Made by a program: the position numbers and the translations under genes. Source: a virus (lineage: Duplodnaviria; Caudoviricetes). From it: 64,000 nt of DNA. This document shows, piece after piece, positions 10,556-20,151 of the stretch (its first letter is position 1; every line of letters begins with the position of its first letter). Location: IMG/VR virus record IMGVR_UViG_2921473944_000002, positions 32,001 to 96,000 of that record; one strand, given 5' to 3'. The notes below the pieces were generated by a model. That model was not told the origin of the DNA. It made no database searches and worked only from the letters and a program-made list of their open reading frames with translations.

Positions 10556-11733
10556 CACACAATTCCTGTGTCATCACAGACACATACCATCTGTTCTGGC
10601 GTACCATAAATTCTCTTTTGAACACAGAAATCATCTACGCCCATAAAACTTCCAGCCATAACAGTCTTGATTCCTTGTATTGATTCAACTCTATTATGAT
10701 GAAGGTGTCCAGATAGAATCGCATATACGGGTTTGCCAGCCAATGTTTGTAATGACTGCACTTTAGCAGCAGATCCGTCATAGTCACCATGTATGCCGAG
10801 ATATGTCTTTCCTCGGATATCGATGGTATACATTGTTTCATCAATCTTGTCATCCATCACAAAAACGTTATCGAAATTCTGCAGTCTCGCCTTGATATAC
10901 CATTCAACAAGATCATCTAACCGTTCGGTATGGAGAGAAGTTTCTTTATTAGGAGAAATTCTGCTGTGATTGCCAGCTACACTAATGAACGATACTGTGT
11001 TAAAATGTTTGCTTAGTTCTGCCAAAAACGTAGAAATTAGTTCAGATACACCAGTAATCTGTTGAATCACATTTTCTTTATTTGTAACCGCAATAGAATA
11101 GTGGATATTCCCGGAAATTAGATCGCCGTTCGCCCATACGATGCAATTTTCACTTGTATGTCTTTTCCCTATCTCGATGATACGGTCAAGATACGTGTTC
11201 ATCATTTCTGCACATATATCAGAATTGTATACATTCCATGCATTACGAATATTTGCTCCATAATGAACATCGTTCATACTTACAAGCAAATCATTGCCGG
11301 AGTGAATAATATCATGTGATTTGTATTCAAGTCCTTTCATACCACCAGACAAAATCGCACCAGTAAGAATTTCGTTTAGTTCTTCTTGTCTTGACCGTTC
11401 TCTAATAGAACGATTAAGTGCTGTTCTTTGGTCATATACCTTTTGCCTTTCCTTACGAAGCTCCAGTATTTTGGTATCTATTTCTGATACCATATCTTCA
11501 TCACTGATAGAAGCAGCGCGTGTACTATCAATGAGTTCCAGTGTTTTGCGACTCCCATACATCATACGACGTGCAACATCACTAGAATAAGGTTGACCAT
11601 AGACTTTTTCCGATAGTTCGACATAATCAACATCCGAAAGCGTCCGATCAACAAGTTTGCCATAAATAAGTCGCTTATGATAATCCATAAGCGACTCTTG
11701 TGGTTGTTGTTCTATATTCATATTGATAAGCAC
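10525..11733 (-). CDS. Calcineurin-like metallophosphoesterase with N-terminal coiled coil
   Basis: DVHYG, GDLISG, GNH, HGD, GHLHH motifs. Confidence 0.8.
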   Translation of the reverse strand: MLINMNIEQQPQESLMDYHKRLIYGKLVDRTLSDVDYVELSEKVYGQPYSSDVARRMMYGSRKTLELIDSTRAASISDEDMVSEIDTKILELRKERQKVYDQRTALNRSIRERSRQEELNEILTGAILSGGMKGLEYKSHDIIHSGNDLLVSMNDVHYGANIRNAWNVYNSDICAEMMNTYLDRIIEIGKRHTSENCIVWANGDLISGNIHYSIAVTNKENVIQQITGVSELISTFLAELSKHFNTVSFISVAGNHSRISPNKETSLHTERLDDLVEWYIKARLQNFDNVFVMDDKIDETMYTIDIRGKTYLGIHGDYDGSAAKVQSLQTLAGKPVYAILSGHLHHNRVESIQGIKTVMAGSFMGVDDFCVQKRIYGTPEQMVCVCDDTGIVCHYDIDLKTT

Positions 11734-11913
11734 CTACCCTTCGGCGCACACTTTATACTCATTGCGGTACGCTTTTAAAAACTCCATGATTTTATCGGAC
11801 TCCTCACAGAAATAATGATGTCTTCCGGGTTTATTTTTCATGGTTCTTCGGATATGCGCTTTTGGAAAGTGCTGTAAAATAGCTTCCTTTTCAACCTTTG
11901 ATACTCTAACCAT
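11734..11913 (-). CDS. Small basic hypothetical protein (59 aa, MVRVSKVEKEA...)
   Basis: Translated by hand; AAAGGAG RBS upstream. Confidence 0.55.
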   Translation of the reverse strand: MVRVSKVEKEAILQHFPKAHIRRTMKNKPGRHHYFCEESDKIMEFLKAYRNEYKVCAEG

Positions 11914-12058
11914 TTTTGATTCTCCTTTAACTCTTGTATTTATAGAACGTCACGTTCATATATTCCCTTCATACAAGCATCTCATCAAATCCCTATAATT
12001 GGTTGAGTATCAATAAGTTACAAGGTATAGCAAATTTATATCATGCTAAAAAAATAAT

Positions 12059-12847
12059 TTACACATCCGTATTTTTCCTTCTCATTATGTAGTTTACACG
12101 CTGTTGAACGGCTATTTCTGATGCGCAGGCTTTGCAGAACTTTTGTTTTCGCCCTTTATCTGGGTCTGAGTATTTTACGGTTATACCGCAATTTTCGCAT
12201 TCAAAGTACGGGTTATGTCTGTGTTTCCTGTATTTATATTTCATGTACTGGTATCCTAAATTACGAAAATCAGATATTGACAATACAGTAGGAGAGCAGT
12301 CATCGGAAACGAAACATACACGCACATTTGTGTTATCTATGCGTTTTGAGAAACGAAGAAGTCCTGCATCTTTAAGCATCCCGTATAGTAGGCATTGCCT
12401 TTTAATAGATGTATTAACATTAGCAAGTGCCATAATCTCATTATCCTTGTTGTTAACCCAGTAATCAGTTTCTGGTGATACAGTATACCAATATTTTGCA
12501 AGGCATAGTAATGTAAAAGCGAGCCGTTCTATTTGCACGCCACCAAGAGATTCTATCAATTTCAGTTCGTTTTCATAAATATCGATATGGTCGATATCTA
12601 CGGCTTCGTACTTGAAAGCACTTGATACGGCATATTCCAGAGCAGCGTCCCATTTTGGTAACGATGCAAGCGGATCGCATTGCAATAAGAAGATATCCAG
12701 TCTCTGACGCACTTCCTTTTTTTTGTCGTATCCGTTATCTATGTAATATCTAGCAATCCGACGCAATGTTTCGGATGGTTTCTTTCCTAATGATTTGGAC
12801 TGAATCATGTTTTCAGCCCAATCATTTTCTTTTAATACAATACTCAT
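12059..12847 (-). CDS. Hypothetical protein with C-terminal Zn ribbon, coupled to the RNAP gene
   Basis: CENC...CKAC; overlaps the RNAP stop codon. Confidence 0.6.
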   Translation of the reverse strand: MSIVLKENDWAENMIQSKSLGKKPSETLRRIARYYIDNGYDKKKEVRQRLDIFLLQCDPLASLPKWDAALEYAVSSAFKYEAVDIDHIDIYENELKLIESLGGVQIERLAFTLLCLAKYWYTVSPETDYWVNNKDNEIMALANVNTSIKRQCLLYGMLKDAGLLRFSKRIDNTNVRVCFVSDDCSPTVLSISDFRNLGYQYMKYKYRKHRHNPYFECENCGITVKYSDPDKGRKQKFCKACASEIAVQQRVNYIMRRKNTDV

Positions 12848-15591
12848 TCGTTCACCTCTAATTTCTTTGATACTATTTCAAATCTTTCGCCACAATATTT
12901 AATAGTTCCGTTAGATGCCAGTGTTGGGAAGCTAATTGTGTAATCATGGTTTAGTAGTAAATTATGTATAATTTCAGAACCGCACATATTCCATGCAAAT
13001 CTTTTGGAAGAGCTTTTTTGATAGCATAAATCCAAAACAATATTGCATAATGCAGATTCATTCTGGCAGATAATATCGCAAGATTTACGAAATTCTGCGT
13101 TCATTTCAGATAGCTCAGTAAATGCATCGTATTTATCTATCTTTTCGCTTTGTGCAAATACAGCATAGCTCTGCATCTTTTTATTGTAATCTTCATATAG
13201 CTTTTTGATTGCCTTGAATTGAGTCGTTGTATATTCCTCAGAAGGATTCTTCATAATAGTGTAATCAAACTTAATTTTAGAAGTGTGTTTTCTGATGTAC
13301 CCATCGAACTCTTGTTCAAATCGTCTGCATATTTTATTCATAACACAGTCTCCGGTTCCGACTGGCATTCGATAATCATAATACCTCAAGAAATCGGACT
13401 GTCGTTCTGTCAGTTCATTTGCTGGCAGCGATCTTAATTCATCAACCGTTAGTTGGAATTCTCGAAGGCAATTACGGTTTGTATTTTTTATGTATTGGTT
13501 GTATTGCTTCATAAGAGCGGGATAAATATATCGCATAAAGTATGGTTTTTTATCTGCCACAATGTTCCGATAGAACTCTCTAGTCACATCATCTTCAATC
13601 TTATTAGCTGCATGTCTGTCATGCCATGTGCGTGGCATTGGCTTACAAATAATACCCTTTGCCTTATCAATAGCATTCTGCTGATATAACTGACCGCATC
13701 TGATACGATAGGAGAGTGTGTCGTATTCAACACTTCCTTTTGGATGATGAGAGCGAACCTCAAACATCGATGTGATATAGTTTGTTGTCTGTCCAATGTC
13801 ATTACCAAAGCTTTCGATATTAGAGCGTACAAAATCATCTTCAGTAGGAATTGTCTTAGCTGCCTTTCGTTGAGCGCACATAAGAGCTGGAAGTGGTTCT
13901 AATTTCTCAACCAAAATTCTATTATCGCTCAGCATAACAAGGTCACCATCAAAATCCATTCCATTCAGAGCAGCTGCTGCAGTATCCCATGCATTAAAAA
14001 CCGTACATGTTTGCATATATCGATACCAATAATTCGCATCTGGATGATGAATTGGATGTACTAACCGGATGTTATTATGGCAAGTCATAGGCGCACGAAA
14101 ACATGCAAGTTTTTCCGCACCGGAATCTTTCCAATATTTGTTATACACTTCTCCAGATTTAAGGAGCCCGGTTATATTTAATCCAAACATACTCTGGCAT
14201 AAGGCATACGGGTCTCCGGATACAATGGAGTAGTTTCCATGCACTTTGAGTACACCTACTTTGGCTTCATCGATACGGTTCTTAATGAGCTGGTACACGG
14301 CATTCTGTATAAATGGGTCATCAATCATGCGCTCATCAATCATAATGGCTTTTACGAAGTCATCGTCTAAGTTTCTTATATTAGACTCATTCATTCCAAT
14401 GCCCTTTAGAAACAGAACTGTTTTTCGCCAATCACCGTGAAGGACATCCTTGATCTCATTCATCGTAGGGGCAATTAGTTCTTCAATCTCATCGTCAGAT
14501 AAATCGTAACTCTGAATGAACTGATAGTTTAAAGAATGTTCACTCTCTAATTCTTTCGGGCATGTCTTAGCAATTCCGAATGTATATCCATTGGATAGTG
14601 AATTCTGTACATAAGATTCGCAGCTATCATAGCTGTCCCAGAGCTTTACCATAGAAGTAGTGAGAATTAACTCTACGTCACGCACATCGAAATCATTTCC
14701 CCATGCATCTTTGATAATGTACTTGCCTCCGGCAATCTTTTCTGCAAAATCTACATAATCAAAAGTGAAAGCCATTCCCTTTTCAAATGAAAATCGCGTG
14801 TTAGCTCCGCTGACTGTGTAGTCAAGTCCAAGTTCTTTGCTCCAGCGTTCTGCGAGCGACGGGAGCATCATACCGAAACCATCTGATGCATCAAGATCAA
14901 CCTTTTGCTGTTTTTGTAAATCCATTGTTGGCTCACCGTCACATTCATCGGTCAGGTATACGATATCTGATAAGAAAGATGTCTCGCAATCATCTACAAC
15001 GGCAATTCCTTTAGGAAAAGAAACAGGAGTAGAAGCACTACATGTAAGAGCTTGATATGCTTCGAGTTTTGCTGTAACCAGTTCTTTTTCTGGATTGCGT
15101 CCATTAGAGATTCTGCGGTGTAATTCGTCTGCGACATTTTCACTGACAAATACAATAGTGCTGTTTTTAATCCCTCCGTTTGTGCCAAGTAGTCGTCGGT
15201 ATTTTACACCATTAATCTGAAACCCTTTGATAGCACGGTAGTAATCCTTTTCTTTATCGATAATCAACGTAACGTAATCTGCTTTATATTGTAATTGATC
15301 CAGCTCGTCATACAGTCTCCTAACGGCATGTCTGTTTTTTACACTATTCGTAGCAGTACGCAGACTACGAATTTCTTCTTTGATTTTCTTAGCTTTAGCA
15401 TCGGCGTCCGTAATATTGTTTAAAGAATCAATCCAACGCAATGTTTGGCTGTCTGCAAGTGATATCACCTCTTCATTTCTTCGCGCCTCTTCAATTGGAA
15501 GAGTTAGCCGCCAACGATGCTTGCGAAGACGGCTACTATGTAGTTTGTAAATAAATTTCTGACAAGTAAGTTGCTTGCTAATTTTAAACAC
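12844..15591 (-). CDS. YonO-like single-subunit (RdRP-fold, double-psi barrel) RNA polymerase
   Basis: 915 aa; SDGFG, FRAPMT, catalytic GMDFDGD and AIDKAKG motifs of the eukaryotic-RdRP/YonO family. Confidence 0.85.
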   Translation of the reverse strand: MFKISKQLTCQKFIYKLHSSRLRKHRWRLTLPIEEARRNEEVISLADSQTLRWIDSLNNITDADAKAKKIKEEIRSLRTATNSVKNRHAVRRLYDELDQLQYKADYVTLIIDKEKDYYRAIKGFQINGVKYRRLLGTNGGIKNSTIVFVSENVADELHRRISNGRNPEKELVTAKLEAYQALTCSASTPVSFPKGIAVVDDCETSFLSDIVYLTDECDGEPTMDLQKQQKVDLDASDGFGMMLPSLAERWSKELGLDYTVSGANTRFSFEKGMAFTFDYVDFAEKIAGGKYIIKDAWGNDFDVRDVELILTTSMVKLWDSYDSCESYVQNSLSNGYTFGIAKTCPKELESEHSLNYQFIQSYDLSDDEIEELIAPTMNEIKDVLHGDWRKTVLFLKGIGMNESNIRNLDDDFVKAIMIDERMIDDPFIQNAVYQLIKNRIDEAKVGVLKVHGNYSIVSGDPYALCQSMFGLNITGLLKSGEVYNKYWKDSGAEKLACFRAPMTCHNNIRLVHPIHHPDANYWYRYMQTCTVFNAWDTAAAALNGMDFDGDLVMLSDNRILVEKLEPLPALMCAQRKAAKTIPTEDDFVRSNIESFGNDIGQTTNYITSMFEVRSHHPKGSVEYDTLSYRIRCGQLYQQNAIDKAKGIICKPMPRTWHDRHAANKIEDDVTREFYRNIVADKKPYFMRYIYPALMKQYNQYIKNTNRNCLREFQLTVDELRSLPANELTERQSDFLRYYDYRMPVGTGDCVMNKICRRFEQEFDGYIRKHTSKIKFDYTIMKNPSEEYTTTQFKAIKKLYEDYNKKMQSYAVFAQSEKIDKYDAFTELSEMNAEFRKSCDIICQNESALCNIVLDLCYQKSSSKRFAWNMCGSEIIHNLLLNHDYTISFPTLASNGTIKYCGERFEIVSKKLEVNE

Positions 15592-15629
15592 CTCATTTCA
15601 AGTAAATTATCTTATTAGCATGATAAGTT

Positions 15630-15812
15630 TTAATTATTGAATTCGTAGATATATTCACGCCATGCTATCTCGAATTCATTGCGACCGTCTTCGACTAAAC
15701 GCTCTATGATAGCATCTGTCAGCGTATCCTCATCAGCAGGATAGAAGTCCTCACATGCTGTTGCTTCCCTACAGGTTTCGTTATATACACAGTTTTCACA
15801 TTTATGACTCAT
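15630..15812 (-). CDS. Small Cys-rich hypothetical protein
   Basis: 60-aa ORF coupled to the helicase gene. Confidence 0.5.
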   Translation of the reverse strand: MSHKCENCVYNETCREATACEDFYPADEDTLTDAIIERLVEDGRNEFEIAWREYIYEFNN

Positions 15813-17049
15813 TGATTAAATTTCCTCCTTGTATTGTTTCTTCAATCCAATTTTCTAGCAGATTTCTCATTCGCCTGCTTGGTATGTATAAATATATTTC
15901 GTCGCCGTCACGAATGGCGGAGCGCCAGATCCACTGTACCATAATGGACAAAGCATACATATCGTCGTCCGCTTCGATGCCGTGTTTATGATAGAATGTC
16001 TTTTCTCCAACATTCATAAAAAGGTTGACGAGATAGATCATGTAATGGCGGTTCCGGTATTCATTCGTCGCTTTCATATTGAATCGTAGGAACGACCTTG
16101 TATATCCTTTGCCGCTTATCTTGCATCTGCAGTCATTGAATGTTCCCCACATCTTTTCACCGGCTGGAGCATTTCTCCAAATATTATTGATGCAGTTGTT
16201 CACATTATTTTTGAGCTGCTCTACATTATCCTCATCTCTGCCGAACCAGCTCATTGATAGTGCATGATAATTATCCCCGATGCTGTTCATCCTATCGTTA
16301 TCCAGAATATGAATCATGTCTTTTAAATGGCAGACATATTCCGGCGTGTATCCCGGGTACTCGCAAAAACGATATTGCCCCGAGTCTGTTTTTTGGATAC
16401 CAATGTATTCGTATGGCAGTTGATACATCTGCAAGAAATGATGAAGTGACTGCCCTTTAAATATGTATGTTAGTATAATCACATCTTTGAAAGCCGTGAT
16501 GAGCTCTGGCGGCAGTACCCAGTAGAAGAGGTGCGTGCCAGCACTGTCTTCCATTTGAATTAACTGGCGAACTTTCAGGAATTGCCGAAGCTCGTGATAA
16601 AGCCTTCCATTATAATCTTCCTTTGCAAGATAATAGGTATCTTCGTCCCGGATAATTAGTCCAGAGTCAATTGCCAACTGGATATCATCTGGATGGAAAT
16701 CATATTTCTCCAAAACATCTACATTCTCATCGATAATTAGTCGATACCCGTATTCGCGGATATCGTCAAGCATATCTTCCGTATATCGCTTAAATGCCTG
16801 ATGCGTGGTTGTAATATTCTTTCCTTGTTTAATAAGAGCAGCAGTATGCTCACTCTTTTTAAATCCATACTGTTTCAGCTTATCGCTTGGCTCTACGAAA
16901 TGCATTGCCTTACATCCTTTTTTAATTCGATCAGCCTCTTCCAAGTACGGTGTGATGTATATGAACTTTTCGTTCTGATGCTCGTTCATATACGTGATAG
17001 CAGCACTGGATTTGCCAGTACCCATAATTGCATCACAAACTTGGATCAT
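15802..17049 (-). CDS. SF2 helicase-like protein
   Basis: DAIMGTGKS Walker A, LIIDE Walker B, QWIWRSAIR motif VI-like. Confidence 0.7.
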   Translation of the reverse strand: MIQVCDAIMGTGKSSAAITYMNEHQNEKFIYITPYLEEADRIKKGCKAMHFVEPSDKLKQYGFKKSEHTAALIKQGKNITTTHQAFKRYTEDMLDDIREYGYRLIIDENVDVLEKYDFHPDDIQLAIDSGLIIRDEDTYYLAKEDYNGRLYHELRQFLKVRQLIQMEDSAGTHLFYWVLPPELITAFKDVIILTYIFKGQSLHHFLQMYQLPYEYIGIQKTDSGQYRFCEYPGYTPEYVCHLKDMIHILDNDRMNSIGDNYHALSMSWFGRDEDNVEQLKNNVNNCINNIWRNAPAGEKMWGTFNDCRCKISGKGYTRSFLRFNMKATNEYRNRHYMIYLVNLFMNVGEKTFYHKHGIEADDDMYALSIMVQWIWRSAIRDGDEIYLYIPSRRMRNLLENWIEETIQGGNLINES

Positions 17050-17233
17050 TTCAAACCTCCTTTTTACGATTTATTTTTTTGATTTTACAACCTAAAAGTT
17101 GTAACTCATTTCTTAACCCGTTGATACTCAATGTGTTGCAAGGTGGTTCCTAACAACTATAGAAAAACACCATCTTTGCTTTTGATACAACGCTATTTGA
17201 TAGAGCATTACATGCACAGCGGATTCTACATTG

Positions 17234-17362
17234 TAAATAATTTAATTAGCATTATAATCCAAAAAATAAAATCTGCAGTTGAATATGAAGCAGATTATTT
17301 ATTTAGCATTATTATACCATTATTTGCTTGATGTGTCAATACATAAATAATTTAATTAGCAT
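17234..17362. promoter_or_regulatory. Three 19-bp operator-like boxes flanking the leftward promoter
   Basis: TAAATAATTTAATTAGCAT at 17234-17252 and 17344-17362 (identical); variant at 17291-17309. Confidence 0.7.
17311..17339 (-). promoter_or_regulatory. Consensus sigma-A promoter for the leftward operon
   Basis: Minus strand reads TTGACA-N17-TATAAT with an extended -10 TG. Confidence 0.85.
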
Positions 17363-17685
17363 GTAAAAAGCATCTAATTATTTTGCGGGATCAGGCTCGC
17401 TGGTTACCGTCTTTTCTTATTGGATAGGTAATATTGATAATCAATAGAAGCATAAGAAAATCCAATAACCAGCGGTGAGCCTAAGTGAAAATAAGGCTGA
17501 TTTTGGGAGTTTAAGCTGTATGTGGGAGATGAAGCGACTTCCTTATAATAGCAATAGACAGCAAGCAAAAATACCATAACCACGGGGCTATGTGATATAG
17601 TGGGAAAAGAGAACATAGAAATAAGGACTTCCAAAAAGTTTACCTTACGGGTTACGGTTAGAAAATGAAACGTTATAGAATTAGC

Positions 17686-17715
17686 TTGACATTTTTAAAT
17701 GTTTCATGTTATTGT
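17686..17715 (+). promoter_or_regulatory. Probable sigma-A promoter of the HTH regulator
   Basis: TTGACA-N18-TATTGT with TG extension. Confidence 0.55.
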
Positions 17716-17807
17716 ATAGTTCCAAGATATATTTTTTATCTTGACAACAACCACAATAACATTTAAACCAGTGCAACAGCACACCACAAGAAAAGGAGAC
17801 AAGCGAA

Positions 17808-18956
17808 ATGACAAAACAGCAGACAGCAACAACCACAACATTCGAAACTTTATTAGTGGATTTCTGTAATGAATACAGAAAAGACAGTAACAGCGAAAAA
17901 TTTACAGCAGTAGCGACAGACCTTGCAACGGCGGTTACATTCTCTGTACTTCGAAAATGTTTAGACCCACAAGCGAAAAGCGATAAACCTAGTAACAGTG
18001 GTTGCAATCCACAACTTGACGAAGTGAAAAGAAGTATTTACAGAGATACGAAAACACTTAAAAACATTGACTACAGTTGTAAAAAAGCATTTGTAACAGT
18101 GTACAACGAAGACGGAGACAGACAGACGAAGACAGCAGACAGTGACTACAGACATGCATATAACAAACTAACACAGCAGACACTTGGAGACGGTCTTGAC
18201 CTTGTAAACACTGCAATCGTTTCACTATTGGATGAATGCACGAAAGTAGACACAACAACAGAGAACTTTCTTGAAACTGCATACACGGTGCGAAGACTTA
18301 AAAAGAAAGTTTGGATAAAAGTTGAAGACAGCGTAAATGGTTGGGAAACGGTGGAAACTTCACCGATTAGAGAAGTTTATAAGGCAGTACGTAGAGAAGT
18401 AGCGAACAATCGTTCTTTAAATATTGGCCCGTCAAATGGTTATATGTATCTTGAAGACCTTGCAAGGGATGAAGAAAGCAACGAAGAAACAACCATTTAC
18501 AGACGTTTAAACAAGTTTAGTGATTTAGCAGGAAACGTGACAGATTTTAATGGGGCGGTCAAGTTTGAAACGGTAGACGGTGCAAGCGTTACAGACTATG
18601 ACACAATGGTAGAAAGATTGGAACTAACCACAAGACAAGCGAAAGTATTAGAATTAAGAATGGGCGGCTATGGATATGATGCAATAGCCACATATTTAGG
18701 CATACACAAACAGAGTGTCAAAAACGTGTTGGAAAACATTCAGAAAAAAGCGATTGAAAAACTTGAACTTTCTGACTACTTAATTAAGACATTGACGGCA
18801 ACACCAACAACAGCGAAAAAGAAATTGACAGACGAAGACAAAAAGACAATAGAACTGTTGTTCGCTGATGGTCATTCTATGAAATTCATTGCAGACCGTT
18901 TCAATATTTCAAAAATGACAGTCAGCAGAGTTATAAACGGACGAAAAGACAGATAA
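17808..18956 (+). CDS. DNA-binding regulator with two C-terminal HTH domains (LuxR/sigma region-4-like)
   Basis: LTTRQAKVLEL...YDAIATYLGI and LTDEDKK...SMKFIADRFNISKMTVSRVING. Confidence 0.7.
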   Translation: MTKQQTATTTTFETLLVDFCNEYRKDSNSEKFTAVATDLATAVTFSVLRKCLDPQAKSDKPSNSGCNPQLDEVKRSIYRDTKTLKNIDYSCKKAFVTVYNEDGDRQTKTADSDYRHAYNKLTQQTLGDGLDLVNTAIVSLLDECTKVDTTTENFLETAYTVRRLKKKVWIKVEDSVNGWETVETSPIREVYKAVRREVANNRSLNIGPSNGYMYLEDLARDEESNEETTIYRRLNKFSDLAGNVTDFNGAVKFETVDGASVTDYDTMVERLELTTRQAKVLELRMGGYGYDAIATYLGIHKQSVKNVLENIQKKAIEKLELSDYLIKTLTATPTTAKKKLTDEDKKTIELLFADGHSMKFIADRFNISKMTVSRVINGRKDR

Positions 18957-18967
18957 TAAAAGCATTT

Positions 18968-18999
18968 AGGGCGGTACAATAACCGCCCTTTTTTATTTT
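18968..18999 (+). terminator. Rho-independent terminator
   Basis: AGGGCGGT-acaata-ACCGCCCT followed by a T-run. Confidence 0.85.
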
Positions 19000-19022
19000 G
19001 GATAACGTCCAAAAAGTAACCC

Positions 19023-19276
19023 GTGGAAACACGACAGACAACCGCCCAACGTGGTTTACCTTACGGGTTACGGTTGTAGGTGTGGAAACACGACAGACAA
19101 CCGCCCAACGTGGTTTACCTTACGGGTTACGGTTGTAGGTGTGGAAACACGACAGACAACCGCCCAACGTGGTTTACCTTACGGGTTACGGTTGTAGGTG
19201 TGGAAACACGACAGACAACCGCCCAACGTGGTTTACCTTACGGGTTACGGTTGTAGGTGTGGAAACACGACAGACA
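19023..19276. repeat. 59-bp tandem repeat, ~4.3 identical copies
   Basis: GTGGAAACACGACAGACAACCGCCCAACGTGGTTTACCTTACGGGTTACGGTTGTAGGT starting at 19023, 19082, 19141, 19200 and (partial) 19259. Confidence 0.95.
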
Positions 19277-19289
19277 GAGCGAAAAAGCT

Positions 19290-20141
19290 GAGAATCCAGA
19301 GAGTTCGCCTATGTCAGATGCGCGGTATATAAATATAATCTGACATAGTATACAAACCGCCATATAATGCAAGATACGGAACGGATGAGCATGGGCGCTC
19401 TATAAAGGTAAATCCGTTGGTTAATTGATACGAAAATCCTTGCTAATAAGTTCTTAACGAAGAGTCTCTCTATTGAGGGGCTTTTCTTTATGGGCTTATG
19501 TCCATACGACTGTGAGGTCTACCTGCTCACAGGTAATAAGTGCATATATCGGTATCTTTCGGGGTATCGTGAGGGCTACCTGCGTGATAGGAAATAAGTG
19601 AACTATACCAGTTGAAGCGTTCAATATGGGAAATCCGGCAAAAGGACGCTATACAAACAGTTTCGGTGAGCCGACCTGCCGACGGCTTTAGAATATCGGT
19701 AAAACTCTGCGGTTATCGTGGATTCCTTTAACCGATTTGAGGGAGTACATCTGCTATCAGATGCGTCGATGGTGCATGAGAGTTAGGCTCATGGTTTCGA
19801 GATAGTGAAAATCCCCATAGTTAGGCAGAGTTAGATGTGAAATATATGCCGCATTATCCTGAGTGCGTCAAAATGAGGGATAGCTTGAAAATCTACAAAG
19901 GATTTCCAATCATGACGGTATCAGTACCCGAGGGTACGTCGGCTATGTTCCAAGGAATTAAATGCCGGACTGTTGTGGGATTTCCGATGATAGACAGAGT
20001 ATAGCGAGAAAATTGAATATTGAACGGAATGCGTAAGCATTCTGATAAACCTATATTGAGCGTCCGAGATTGTGCATATCGCATGGTTTCGGGCGTTCTC
20101 TTATGGGCTTATCCCATATAAAAATCAGAGAATCCAGAGAG
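19290..20141 (+). ncRNA. Candidate large structured non-coding RNA region
   Basis: ~850 bp with no credible ORF and many hairpins; bounded by a 14-bp direct repeat. Confidence 0.4.
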
Positions 20142-20151
20142 GAGAATCATT

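Noticed and set aside
401-17331. Numerous plus-strand ORFs over the left arm (and minus-strand ORFs over the right arm)
   Set aside because: They are antisense shadows of well-supported genes, without RBSs or motifs
19023-19276. CRISPR array
   Set aside because: Units are fully identical with no variable spacers, and no cas genes are in the window
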